Shown here: piece after piece, positions 28,416-38,000 of the stretch
How the letters are laid out: each line of letters begins with the position of its first letter
How positions within the stretch are numbered: position 1 is the first letter of the stretch
Made by a program: the position numbers and the translations under genes
The notes under the pieces: generated by a model
Told to the model about the DNA's origin: nothing
Database searches by the model: none
The model's input: only the letters and a program-made list of their open reading frames with translations
Assembly (NCBI GenBank): GCA_964636325.1
Contig: CAZWRV010000010.1
Coordinates: 29,072-93,071, forward strand
Length of the DNA: 64,000 bases
From: an uncultured Victivallaceae bacterium
GTDB lineage: Bacteria > Verrucomicrobiota > Lentisphaeria > Victivallales > GWF2-50-93
Reading direction: 5' to 3'

Positions 28416-29000
28416 ATGACGGCAGGAGCCGGAATCGCAGGGGTCGGTCTCGTCCTCATAATCATCACGGTCGTAGCAGTGCTGGTGGTCTTATGGGCCA
28501 TCCTCACATACAACACTCTGATAGGCATGAGGAACATGGTCAGGAACGCCTGGGCCCAGATAGACGTCCAGCTCAAGCGCCGCCACGACCTCATACCCAA
28601 CCTCGTCGAGACCGTCAAGGGCTACGCAAAGCACGAGAGCGGAACCTTCGAGGCAGTAGTCAAGGCCAGAACCGCCGCCATGCAGGCGAACGGCGTCAGC
28701 GCGACCGCAAAGGCGGAAGGCGAACTCTCCGGAGTCCTCAGCAGGCTGATGGCTATCGCCGAGGCATACCCCGAACTCAAGGCCAACCAGAATTTCCTCA
28801 GCCTCCAGGAGGAGCTGTCGTCCACAGAGAACAAGATCGCCTTCTCCCGCCAAGCATACAACGACCAGGTCATGATCTACAACACCAAGACACAGATGAT
28901 ACCCTCCAACATAATCGCGGGCATTGGCGGCTTCACCCCGGAGGATCTCTTCGAGCTGAAGGACGAAGCCCAGCGCGAGGCGCCCCAGGTCAAGTTTTGA
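28416..29000 (+). CDS. lemA: LemA family protein
   Basis: N-terminal TM, then YNTLIGMRN.V.NAW.QIDVQLKRRHDLIPNLVETVKGYA.HE and AYPELKAN.NF..LQ.EL..TENKIA..R..YN. Confidence 0.9.
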   Translation: MTAGAGIAGVGLVLIIITVVAVLVVLWAILTYNTLIGMRNMVRNAWAQIDVQLKRRHDLIPNLVETVKGYAKHESGTFEAVVKARTAAMQANGVSATAKAEGELSGVLSRLMAIAEAYPELKANQNFLSLQEELSSTENKIAFSRQAYNDQVMIYNTKTQMIPSNIIAGIGGFTPEDLFELKDEAQREAPQVKF

Positions 29001-29336
29001 GCTTGCAGACCTGACTGACTCAAGCGGGAATGACTGATACTGATAGGAATTTTGATTTTTACCATCCAAAGTCCGCAGTGTTTTAGTGTCTTCACTATTA
29101 TGGCGGACTGGTCTCTCTTCTCGATGAAGGATATTTCCTCATATGTATCATTGAACATCGAGCATCGATTTAAACATTGAAAACTATTCCAAATTCTTGA
29201 ACGTCGGATGTTCGACCTGTCTGTCCTCCGTCGCTTTCCTTTGGAAGACGAACGAGGGTGTTGAGTGTTCGATGCTGTTTTATATGCACTTAAGAATATA
29301 AGCCTAAGGCAAAGACAGTAAGTAAAAATCTTAACC

Positions 29337-31037
29337 ATGCCCAAGAAATGGTATTTCCTCAAGGACGGCGCCGAACTTGGCCCGTTCAACAGCCAGGAGC
29401 TCATCCAGCTGGCCGAGGAGGACAAGCTCGGCCGCGACACGCCTGTAAAGCTTGACCTCGACGGTAAATGGCACAGGGCGTCCGAGCTGGAGGGGCTCTT
29501 CCCTACGGCACCCGCCCCGGCGGCAAACTCCGGCCAATCCGGCGCAGGCACAACAGGAAAGATGGTCGTCCCTTCCACACCGATCGTCTGCCCGCACTGC
29601 TGGGAGCATTTTTCCTACGAATCAATCCTCTATGTAGCCCGCCACCAGGATCTCAGGGGCGATCCCGTCATCGGCCCGGACGCCCAGAAGCGTTTCCTGC
29701 CGACGAAGTTCAACACCAAGGGCCACGCCATAGACGCCCGAGGCATGGAGTGCGAGGACATCGCCTGTCCGCACTGCCACCTCGAAATCCCGTATTCTGT
29801 CATAACGCTCGAATCTCTATACTTTTCGATCATCGGGGCGCCTTCAAGCGGCAAGTCATTTTTCCTTACAGCATTGATCGCCAAGCTCAGGGACAAGCTG
29901 CCACGCCACTTTGATTACAGCTTCACTGACGCCGACCCGGTCTTCAACGTTGTCGTCAACGACTACGTGCAGCGCCTCTTCGACAACGAATTCCCCGACA
30001 GCTTCGTCACGCTGCCGAAGACAGACCTCCGCGGCGACCTCTTCTCCAACCAGATTACGCTCAACGGCATGATCACGGACCTGCCCAAGCCATTCGTATT
30101 CAAGATCGAACCCTCGGGCACGCACGCCCTCCACGGGAAGCAGGCCGCCGGTCTTATCAGGAACCTGGTCTTCTACGACAACGCCGGCGAGCACATCCTG
30201 CCCGGGCAGGACAGCCCCAACAATCCCGCCACCAGGCACCTGGCCGAGTCCCACGGCATCATCTTCCTCTTCGATCCCGTACTCGACGCCGGAATGAGAC
30301 GCCTCTGCAGCTCCGGAGACCCGCAGCTCAAGGACGACTCCAAGCTCGTCAACCAGGCGGTACTATTCGCAGAAATGATCGGCAGGATCAGGAAGATGAC
30401 CGGCATGAGGGCCGGAGGCGCCTACAACAGCCCACTCATCATCGCCGTGTCCAAGTTCGACATATGGGAGAACCTCCTTCCCGACGACAATATCAGGGCC
30501 CTGGACCCTTGGTGCTACAACCCGCAGACAAGACGCAATGAACTCGACTATTGCGTCGTCGCCAACGTCTCATACCACCTCAGGGAGCTAATGCTGCAGA
30601 TCAAGCCCGACATCGTCGCGGCCGCCGAGGCGTTCTCGCCCAACGTCTTCTTCATCCCAGTCAGCGCCCTCGGCAGCAACTCCATTGAGAAGCAGGATGC
30701 CGCCCCCCCGGCTCCGGTGGAGGCCCCTAGAAAGACCGTCAGGCCGGGCGACGGCTCACCCTCCCTTTCACGCGCTTTCGGAACCAAGCCCGCCAACGTC
30801 AAGCCCGTGTGGTGCGAAACACCCATGCTCCTCCTCCTCGCGCTGAAAGGCTACTTCCCCTTGAACAAGTCATCACGGCACAAGGGCGCCGATCCCGAAA
30901 GCCATGAGTTCAGAAGGCATTTCGTCACATTGCGCTTCCCAAACCTCACGGAGGAAATAAAGCTGCCTTCCACATACTTCGGAACCACCGTATACCACAG
31001 AGAACTCAAAGCTTGGATCAATATCCCGGAAAACTGA
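29337..31037 (+). CDS. GYF_2 domain / CxxC..CxxC zinc ribbon / P-loop GTPase fusion, uncharacterised family (gene A of the candidate system)
   Basis: Residues 4-55 (KWYFLKDGAELGPFNSQEL...GKWHRASELEGLF) look like GYF_2. CPHC at aa 85-88 and CPHC at aa 144-147. G1 GAPSSGKS at nt 29835-29858, G3 DNAG at 30177-30188, G4 SKFD at 30450-30461, G5-like VSALG. No signal peptide or TM. Confidence 0.85.
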   Translation: MPKKWYFLKDGAELGPFNSQELIQLAEEDKLGRDTPVKLDLDGKWHRASELEGLFPTAPAPAANSGQSGAGTTGKMVVPSTPIVCPHCWEHFSYESILYVARHQDLRGDPVIGPDAQKRFLPTKFNTKGHAIDARGMECEDIACPHCHLEIPYSVITLESLYFSIIGAPSSGKSFFLTALIAKLRDKLPRHFDYSFTDADPVFNVVVNDYVQRLFDNEFPDSFVTLPKTDLRGDLFSNQITLNGMITDLPKPFVFKIEPSGTHALHGKQAAGLIRNLVFYDNAGEHILPGQDSPNNPATRHLAESHGIIFLFDPVLDAGMRRLCSSGDPQLKDDSKLVNQAVLFAEMIGRIRKMTGMRAGGAYNSPLIIAVSKFDIWENLLPDDNIRALDPWCYNPQTRRNELDYCVVANVSYHLRELMLQIKPDIVAAAEAFSPNVFFIPVSALGSNSIEKQDAAPPAPVEAPRKTVRPGDGSPSLSRAFGTKPANVKPVWCETPMLLLLALKGYFPLNKSSRHKGADPESHEFRRHFVTLRFPNLTEEIKLPSTYFGTTVYHRELKAWINIPEN

Positions 31038-31057
31038 GAATGGAGCTCTCACGGAGC

Positions 31058-31325
31058 GCTGGTAGCTTGCGCACGCCGTGCGCAAATGGCAGACTCTGCA
31101 TATTAGGAATGCCTGCGTTTCGTCCGCCTAGGCGGGTTCTGTTTTTTGCGCGCAGCGCGCGCAAACTACTTTTTGGCAAATTCTTTTGTTATATTCCACC
31201 ATCAGGAACTAAGTTTTTCCCTGCGGGAAAAAGGCACCCTTACGGCGCGCAGGTAGTTTGCGCGCAACGCGCGCAAACTACTTTTGGTAAAAACGTTTTC
31301 CAAGTCGCACCGTAAGGGACTAATA
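31058..31325 (-). repeat. Rep-E element, copy 3 (about 1.5 units, inverted relative to copy 1), filling the gap between genes A and B
   Basis: GGTAGCTTGCGCACGCCGTGCGCAAA, GTTTTTTGCGCGCAGCGCGCGCAAACTACTTTTTGGCAAATTC, TTTTTCCCTGCGGGAAAAA, the perfect hairpin GTAGTTTGCGCGCAACGCGCGCAAACTAC (about 31252-31280), and CCGTAAGGGACTAA. Matches the reverse complement of 566-788. Confidence 0.8.
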
Positions 31326-31374
31326 AAGACTAACGACCCTATACATGAGAGCCACATATCTGGAAATCTGACGC

Positions 31375-33927
31375 ATGCCCCAGGAACTCATACACACCTC
31401 GGCCCGCAAGGGCATAAAGGCCGGAAGCTGCGGATTCTGCACCGTGGCCTACACCGAAGGCATGGCCGCGAACCTGGTGTCGATTCTGGAGGCCTACAGC
31501 GTCTATATGCCGCTTTTCGATGTCGCCGGCGACAAGGCGCTCCTCAACCCAACGTCGTTCATCCACTACAGATGCTCGGTGGGGGCCCAGAGCCTCAGCA
31601 TCATAAGCCGCATCTCCTTCGCAGGACTCGACTACACGAACAGGTCCAACCGGGTGGCCCACCATCTCGTCCTTGACCAGGAGGACCTCCCCGCGGCAGG
31701 TCCGGCCGCATTCATACGGATTTTCGACCAGAAGTCCTACTTCGAGCGGAGCTGGGACAGGGATCCCGAACTGCTTCCGCACGGCCTCCTGAACGGCAGG
31801 GTGGCGGAGGTGAAGGAGGAGGCAATTTCCCGCTCGGGCAGGGCCTCCGCCTGGGATGAGTTCGCGGGCGATGCGGGCTGGGCGGGCGCACTCGCCGAGT
31901 CCTTCCTTGCCGACCGCACCAGGCCCTCGTTCATCGTGTTCGATCCGGAGCTGCACCGGAGCTGCGACCTCCTCCTGCTCGTCGAGGAGGCCCTGTCCTT
32001 CCTGCCGCCCCAAGAGCGCTGGCAGGTCACCTTCAACACGCACTTCTCGGCGCTCCCCCAGGGAACAAGATGCGTGTGGCGCTGCTGCACAAGGAACTCC
32101 GACGCCCTCAAGGAGGCGCGCCGCACGCCTGGCGCACTCGTCGTGGACCTTTCCGACCGCACCAGGAAGGCTGACGGCGGCACCCTTGTCCAGGCCGCAA
32201 GAACAGGGGAAATGCCGCGGCAGGAAGCGGCCGCAACCCACGTCACGCACAAGGATCTCACTCAGCTCGCGAAGGAAATCCAGAAGCTTTCCGAAAAAGA
32301 ACCGAAGGCGCGTCATGATTCCATAACGCCGGATTCCAGCATCGAAATGGATTCCGGAAGCAAAGCTGGAAGTTCTGCAAAAAGCACCGTAGGCGCCCAC
32401 TCCGGCGGAAAATCCCGGCACCGGTCCGCCGGACAGCCAGCAGGCGACCAGCGCAAATCCCATGCGGCCGCAATCTCGGCATGCGTCCTGATCCTCGCGG
32501 CAATCGCATTCTGCCTCTGGATACTCAACGAGCACAGGAAGATGCAGACGGCCCTAGCCGGAACCGGAAAAGACACTCTAGGGGAAAAACACACTACCGA
32601 ATTGCGGGAAGCCATCGAAATGCCCAAGCCAAAACTTGCCGAGCCGCCCAAGGAAGCGCCATCTAATATTGTAAAGCCTCATGGGCAAGAAAAGCCCGAA
32701 CCCCCTCCGCAGCACCCCCCGAAAGAAATAATCGAACCAGTCGTCACCGCAAAGCCCGCCAAGACTGTTGAAACGCCCAGTCATCCAGCGTCGGAAAAAC
32801 CTGAAGCTGGCGAAACACCACCAACTCCTCCTTCAAAACAACCTCCCAAACCGGCCGCAAGGCCCGGTGAAGGAATCAAAGACTTCTGGTTCCGCTGGCA
32901 GGAAGGAATCCGCGACATCGGCGACAAGGCTGAAATGCAAATCCCCGGCGTCCCGGCCGACGCCAAGATCTCAATCAAGCTGAAGGACAAATGCACAAAC
33001 GGCGCGGAAATAAAAGACAACGGCAGCCCCAGGCCCGTATTGTCCAACATCCTCGGCATGGACAAGGAGACCAGGATTCCTTTCAGAAAGGACAGCGCAT
33101 CATTCAGAATATCAAGAGACGGAATACTCACAGTCGAACTGACCGACGACGCCAGGAAGTTCAACGAACCGCAGACTCTCCTGTCGGAAAACATCAAGGA
33201 AATCGTCGCCGGCAGCATAAGCTGCTGCACCGAATACAAACCTCCGCTTCCGGACGGAACCGGCACATTCGTCAACCTGGCCACTTCAGACAGGCTCTCG
33301 AAACAGCCTGAGGAAAACTTCGACGACATCGATCTGCTCAAGTTCGAATTCAAGCCCGGCAAGATCGACAAGGCGGTCCTCGACAGAACGGACGGCTTCG
33401 CCTTCAGGCTCAGACTCGGTAGCACCGTCTTCCCCAGGACAACACTGTCCCTTCAGGATATTCACGCCCTGCTGCCCCCACCGGACACAGCCCCTCCGGG
33501 AAAGGAAATCCCCGAATTCAAGGATATTTCAAGCTCCAGGAAGTCATTGATCTCGAAGGCCGCGGAAATCTACACGGAACTTAACATCCCCGAGGCCGCA
33601 CGAAAATCTTTCCTGATCCCGGAGGAGACTGTAGGGCAGCTTGTCGAAAAAAAGCTGGAGGACACCGATAAAATGCCCGATAAGACAAACGGTGAAAAGG
33701 ACATAAAGAACCAGAAGATCACGTCGCTTAACAAAATCAGAAATGAGAAATGGCCGAAATACGCCGAAGCCAGGGACGAATACCTCTCCGGCAGGGCACA
33801 TTTCCTCAAGGCTCTCCCAGACCGTGTAAAAGACTTCCTCTCGGAGAGGCTCCCCGACTTCAGGCTCGAAATCATCGAGCGGAAAGACAAGGAGGAAATA
33901 CTCCACAAGACCGTGGTGTTCGAATGA
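31375..33927 (+). CDS. Bitopic membrane protein: GAP1-N-like N-terminal domain, one TM, Pro-rich linker, C-terminal ectodomain (gene B)
   Basis: The N-terminus MPQELIHTSARKGIKAGSCGFCTVAYTEGM follows the (Q/E)L-x-(H/Y)TS...G...G..GF......T.G pattern I recall for GTPase-associated protein 1 N-domains. TM at nt ~32464-32529. Pro-rich tract at nt 32622-32868. Confidence 0.8.
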   Translation: MPQELIHTSARKGIKAGSCGFCTVAYTEGMAANLVSILEAYSVYMPLFDVAGDKALLNPTSFIHYRCSVGAQSLSIISRISFAGLDYTNRSNRVAHHLVLDQEDLPAAGPAAFIRIFDQKSYFERSWDRDPELLPHGLLNGRVAEVKEEAISRSGRASAWDEFAGDAGWAGALAESFLADRTRPSFIVFDPELHRSCDLLLLVEEALSFLPPQERWQVTFNTHFSALPQGTRCVWRCCTRNSDALKEARRTPGALVVDLSDRTRKADGGTLVQAARTGEMPRQEAAATHVTHKDLTQLAKEIQKLSEKEPKARHDSITPDSSIEMDSGSKAGSSAKSTVGAHSGGKSRHRSAGQPAGDQRKSHAAAISACVLILAAIAFCLWILNEHRKMQTALAGTGKDTLGEKHTTELREAIEMPKPKLAEPPKEAPSNIVKPHGQEKPEPPPQHPPKEIIEPVVTAKPAKTVETPSHPASEKPEAGETPPTPPSKQPPKPAARPGEGIKDFWFRWQEGIRDIGDKAEMQIPGVPADAKISIKLKDKCTNGAEIKDNGSPRPVLSNILGMDKETRIPFRKDSASFRISRDGILTVELTDDARKFNEPQTLLSENIKEIVAGSISCCTEYKPPLPDGTGTFVNLATSDRLSKQPEENFDDIDLLKFEFKPGKIDKAVLDRTDGFAFRLRLGSTVFPRTTLSLQDIHALLPPPDTAPPGKEIPEFKDISSSRKSLISKAAEIYTELNIPEAARKSFLIPEETVGQLVEKKLEDTDKMPDKTNGEKDIKNQKITSLNKIRNEKWPKYAEARDEYLSGRAHFLKALPDRVKDFLSERLPDFRLEIIERKDKEEILHKTVVFE

Positions 33928-35051
33928 GATTTATGATCAAGCAGGCTTTTTTTTGGGGAACCGCCGCCGTCCTTCTAACGGCGGCGCCGCCGGTGCGCTG
34001 CGCGGAGGACGCCCCCGCCCCTGCCGCTCCCATGGAGGCGGCCCAGGAAACACCCGCCCCGGAAGCAGCCACATCATTCTGGGTTCTCTACAGAAGCGCG
34101 ATTTCAAAGGACAAGAAGTCTTACCGGATCCCCTTGGGCAAGGCCCGGCCCGGCGCAGCGATCGACGTCGTCATGGATATCCCGGACAGCAGCAAGGGGT
34201 TGGTCGGCCGCCCCGACAAGGAGTCCGTTGTCATATACAGCCTTTCAGGATATGACGAGTTAAGGGCCCCGCAGAAAAAGCCAAGGTTCACCATCAGATG
34301 CGGCGAACGGCAGATAATTATCGAGCGCACCGGAGAGCCCAAGTCGTTGGCGCCCTCTCCCGAACTTGCGGACATCACGCATTTCATCGTCGACGGCGTC
34401 ACATACCCCGCCAGCTTCGACGGCAAGCCTTTCAGCGAGGCGGAAGCCGCATGCGCCAGTTCCTTGTCCTCGAAGAAGCTCAACCTTGTCATCCGATACG
34501 AGTTTACGCCCGCCGACAGGATCGCCGGAGTTAACAACCCCGAAAAGTTCGACTTTCATCTGACGAACAGGTTCGACAGGGTTCTCTGCAAGCAGACGCA
34601 TGCCGGGGCGGACTCCGTCTCCTTCACCTGCGATTCCAAGCAGTTCCGCTACATCGAAGAGGCAAAACCGATCATCCAGGAGCTCGACAAGGAATTGGAC
34701 GAGCTCAGGGCAAAGATCACCTATGAGGCTGGAGACTCCAAGGAGATATCCAGGCTGCTCGATTCCCCAGCCGAACTCAAGGCGTATGCGGCGAGGCTCA
34801 AGGGAAAAAAGAACCCCGACTCAAACCAGTATCTCAAAGACCTGATCGACGAATACTGCGCAAAACTCGCCGCCTCCCAGGACAAGGTTGCGGACAGGCT
34901 CGGCGAAAACAACCAGATCGGCAGTCTCGCCCAGGCTTTGAAAAAAGATGTTGAAGATATAAGATTGCAGATCATCAGGAAGTCGGACGGAAAAATCATG
35001 AAGACCGTGGGCGTCCGCGTCGACGCCGCCAATGAACGGCCAGGGAAATGA
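33924..35051 (+). CDS. Secreted protein, paralogous to the gene B ectodomain (gene C)
   Basis: ATG 33924 overlaps the gene B stop (ATGA). Signal-peptide-like MRFMIKQAFFWGTAAVLLTAAPPVRCAED. Shares KF(D/E)F...D(R/K)(V/A)L and the tail D(I/F)RL(Q/E)II..K...KTV with gene B. Confidence 0.75.
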   Translation: MRFMIKQAFFWGTAAVLLTAAPPVRCAEDAPAPAAPMEAAQETPAPEAATSFWVLYRSAISKDKKSYRIPLGKARPGAAIDVVMDIPDSSKGLVGRPDKESVVIYSLSGYDELRAPQKKPRFTIRCGERQIIIERTGEPKSLAPSPELADITHFIVDGVTYPASFDGKPFSEAEAACASSLSSKKLNLVIRYEFTPADRIAGVNNPEKFDFHLTNRFDRVLCKQTHAGADSVSFTCDSKQFRYIEEAKPIIQELDKELDELRAKITYEAGDSKEISRLLDSPAELKAYAARLKGKKNPDSNQYLKDLIDEYCAKLAASQDKVADRLGENNQIGSLAQALKKDVEDIRLQIIRKSDGKIMKTVGVRVDAANERPGK

Positions 35052-38000
35052 GCCAGATGAAAGAAATCGTCGCCGAAATCCTCAAGTTCATAGGCGCTTC
35101 CGTCCAGACGGACACCAAGGAGATGCGCTCTGCCGCAGCCGGCTTCGCGAAGGCCTGCGAGGATGTCAATTCCCGCCTGGCGAAATCCGCGGAACTTCTG
35201 CGGAAGGACGAAAGACAGGAGGCCGTGGACCTCGCCGAGGCCGATCCGCCCCTCGCCGCAACCTTCGAACTTCTGGACTCAGTCCCTAGGGCGACATGGC
35301 TCGACCTCTGCAGGCTCTACGGCTGGCCCCTGCCTCCGGAACTTCACCGTGAATTGATGGAGACCGTGAAGGCTGCGGTCGCCAGGCACAGGCTGCTCAA
35401 ACCGCTCGAGGACGAATACCGCAGGGCGATCCACACCGGAACACTGCAGGACAAGGTCGCCGTACTCAGGAAGCTGCGCAAGATCGACCCCGCCGACAAA
35501 GGCTGGGAACAGTCCCAGAAGGACTTCGAAAAACTATGGATCGCCGAGCTTGTCGCGGCCGCGAAGTCCGCTATCGCATCTAACGACGAGGACTCCCTCA
35601 AAAGGATTGATTCAATACTGTCATCCCCGGAGTGGCTGCTTAGGCCCGACCCCGGGGATTCCCAGGACATCGACTCCAAGCTGAAGGAGTTCAGGATCGG
35701 CCACCTCAAGGAAAAGGCCGGAGTAATCATCAAGGACATCGCCTCCGCATACGGCCTGTTCGACCTGGACCGCCTCAACAACGCCCTCTCCAGGTGGGAC
35801 CTCATTGCCGAAGACAGAGAATTCGCTCCCTCCGAAACAGACCTCCAGCAGGTCAGGGAGGCCAGGGAATGGGCGGCCATAAAGAACAAGGAGGAGTCAT
35901 CCAAGAGGGAATTCCAAAATCTTCTGGAATCTATCCAGCAGATGTTCGACACCGACGAACAAGAGTTCCACAGGATCGACAACGCATACAGCAAGCTGCG
36001 CCAGTTCGAACGCGAAATTCCTGACATCATCGAAACCAGATACCGCAACGCGAAGGCGGAACACGAAGTCTCCATGGCCCGCGCCTTCAAGATCAGGCTT
36101 GCGGTCTTCGCAGCCTTGACAATCGCCGCCGTAGCCGCCGCGGTGTTCCTTGTCAACCAGAGGATTCGGCACAACAGGCACGCTGAATGGTCCAGGCAGA
36201 TCGGCAGCGCGGTAGAAGCCGGAAAACTCGACGAGGCGCTCAAGCTCTTCGACTCCATGAACTCCTCTTTCCCGAACATGGCGTCCGACCCGAAATTTGT
36301 CTCCCTCAGGAAAAGCTTAGACGGTCTCCTCGTCAAGCGGGATGCCGACCGGGCCCGCCTCAAGATCCTGCGGGGCGAACTTGAAAAGGCCGCCGCGGAC
36401 GGATTCCAATCAGACATCCCCGTGGAGGAGAAGATCCGCGAGGCAGAGCCGCTCGCCGACGCACCCGATGATACGCTAGCGTTGAAGAGGATCAAGGACG
36501 CTTGGCAGGAAAACCTCGCCGCCAGGCAGAGGCAGCGCGAAACCGAATTCCTTAAAAAGGTGGAGGCGCTCGAAGCGGTCTACGAACAGGCCGCCGCCAC
36601 CGACGCCAAGGCCGACCCCGCGGCATTCTCCTCCCTCATGAAAAAATACGAGAAGGAGGCCGACGCCATGGCGGAGTATTCCACAATCGCCAAGGACGTC
36701 TACGAGCCGAAGGCGGCGATGATGAAAAAGCGGCTCCAAACCCTTGTCAAAATATTCCAGGATGCCATGAAGGAACGCAAGGACTACGAAGCCGATCTCA
36801 AGCAGATCCACTCCGACATCAGGACCATCGCCGACTTCAAGGCATCCCTCGAAAGGTTCTCCGAAAGATACCCCGAATACCCCAACAGCGCCGACATCAG
36901 CCAGGTCCTCGGCTATATGAAGCACTACCTTGCCGCGGCGGCGCTCAAGGAGTTCATGCCGGCCACCGAAATGAAGCAGGACAAGATGGGCGCATTCAGC
37001 GACCTCGCCAAAATGATCGACTCGGCGTCCCCGTGGAGCCCCGACTTCCCCGACTTCCTGAAATATTACTGCCGCCTCCAGGACAGCGCCCCAGGATTCA
37101 AGGCCGCCTTCGAGGAACTTGCAAGAGCCCCGCTCATCAACTACTATTCCATCATGGCCAGGAGCCAGGACGGCGGCGCAGTCGAGATGATTTCCGAGGA
37201 GGAGCCGAAAATCAAGCCCAGCGGCACCGCCGACGGCAAGCCCATGCGCGAAATCTCAGTCCTCAGAATCATGAGCAGTAGCGACATCTCAGGCGTCTAC
37301 TGGTATCTCCAGGAAAACCCCTCCGGCAGATGGGACGCCAGATGCGGCGGCAAGATACTTCTGAAAAACCTCGAGATCGAAGACCTGCCGCACATCACCG
37401 CGAAAATACAGTCCTACACAAAACTCTCCGCCCTCTTCAAGGAGGCCGCGGCCGCAGGCCCGCTCCGCTTCGAAACTCAGGTCCTCGACATCATCGACGA
37501 AATCAAGGTCTCCACGGGCAACCCTTACAGGAGGCTCATCCTCCTGAAACACGTCATGGGCCAGGCAGAAAAAATATCGTGGTCTCTCTCCCCGGCCTTC
37601 GGAAGGCGCCTAGCCGAAATCCAGGACTTCATGGCCTCGTTCGGCGCCGGCTACGACTATTTCAACATGCCTCAGAAGGACGTTGCAAAAGTTACGCAGT
37701 TCTTGAAGGATCTTCCGGACATGAGGCCCGAAGCGGAGGCTTCCCTTGTCGGACGCGACGCAATCCTCGCCGCCCTGGACAGGTCCGTCGACTTCATGGG
37801 GATAGTCAAGGCCGACGGCGACGAGAAAAGCGCCGCCGCCAGGAAGATGAAATTCTCCGGGGAGCTCTGGGCCCTCAGGAAGGACAGCTCCGGCAAGTTC
37901 CGCTTCCACATCGTCGGAAACGTCAAGGACGGCGCCTCCATGCTCGACCCCGCCGAAACAAAATCGCTGTCCGACTGCGAACCCCTCTTCGCCCCGACCG

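Noticed and set aside
31339-32535. 398-aa ORF antisense to gene B of the candidate system, plus several similar ORFs antisense to genes A-D.
   Set aside because: The composition is typical of antisense GC-rich artefacts (Arg/Gly/Ala/Pro-rich). It has no motifs, and it overlaps a frame with coherent domain structure and ATGA coupling on the + strand.
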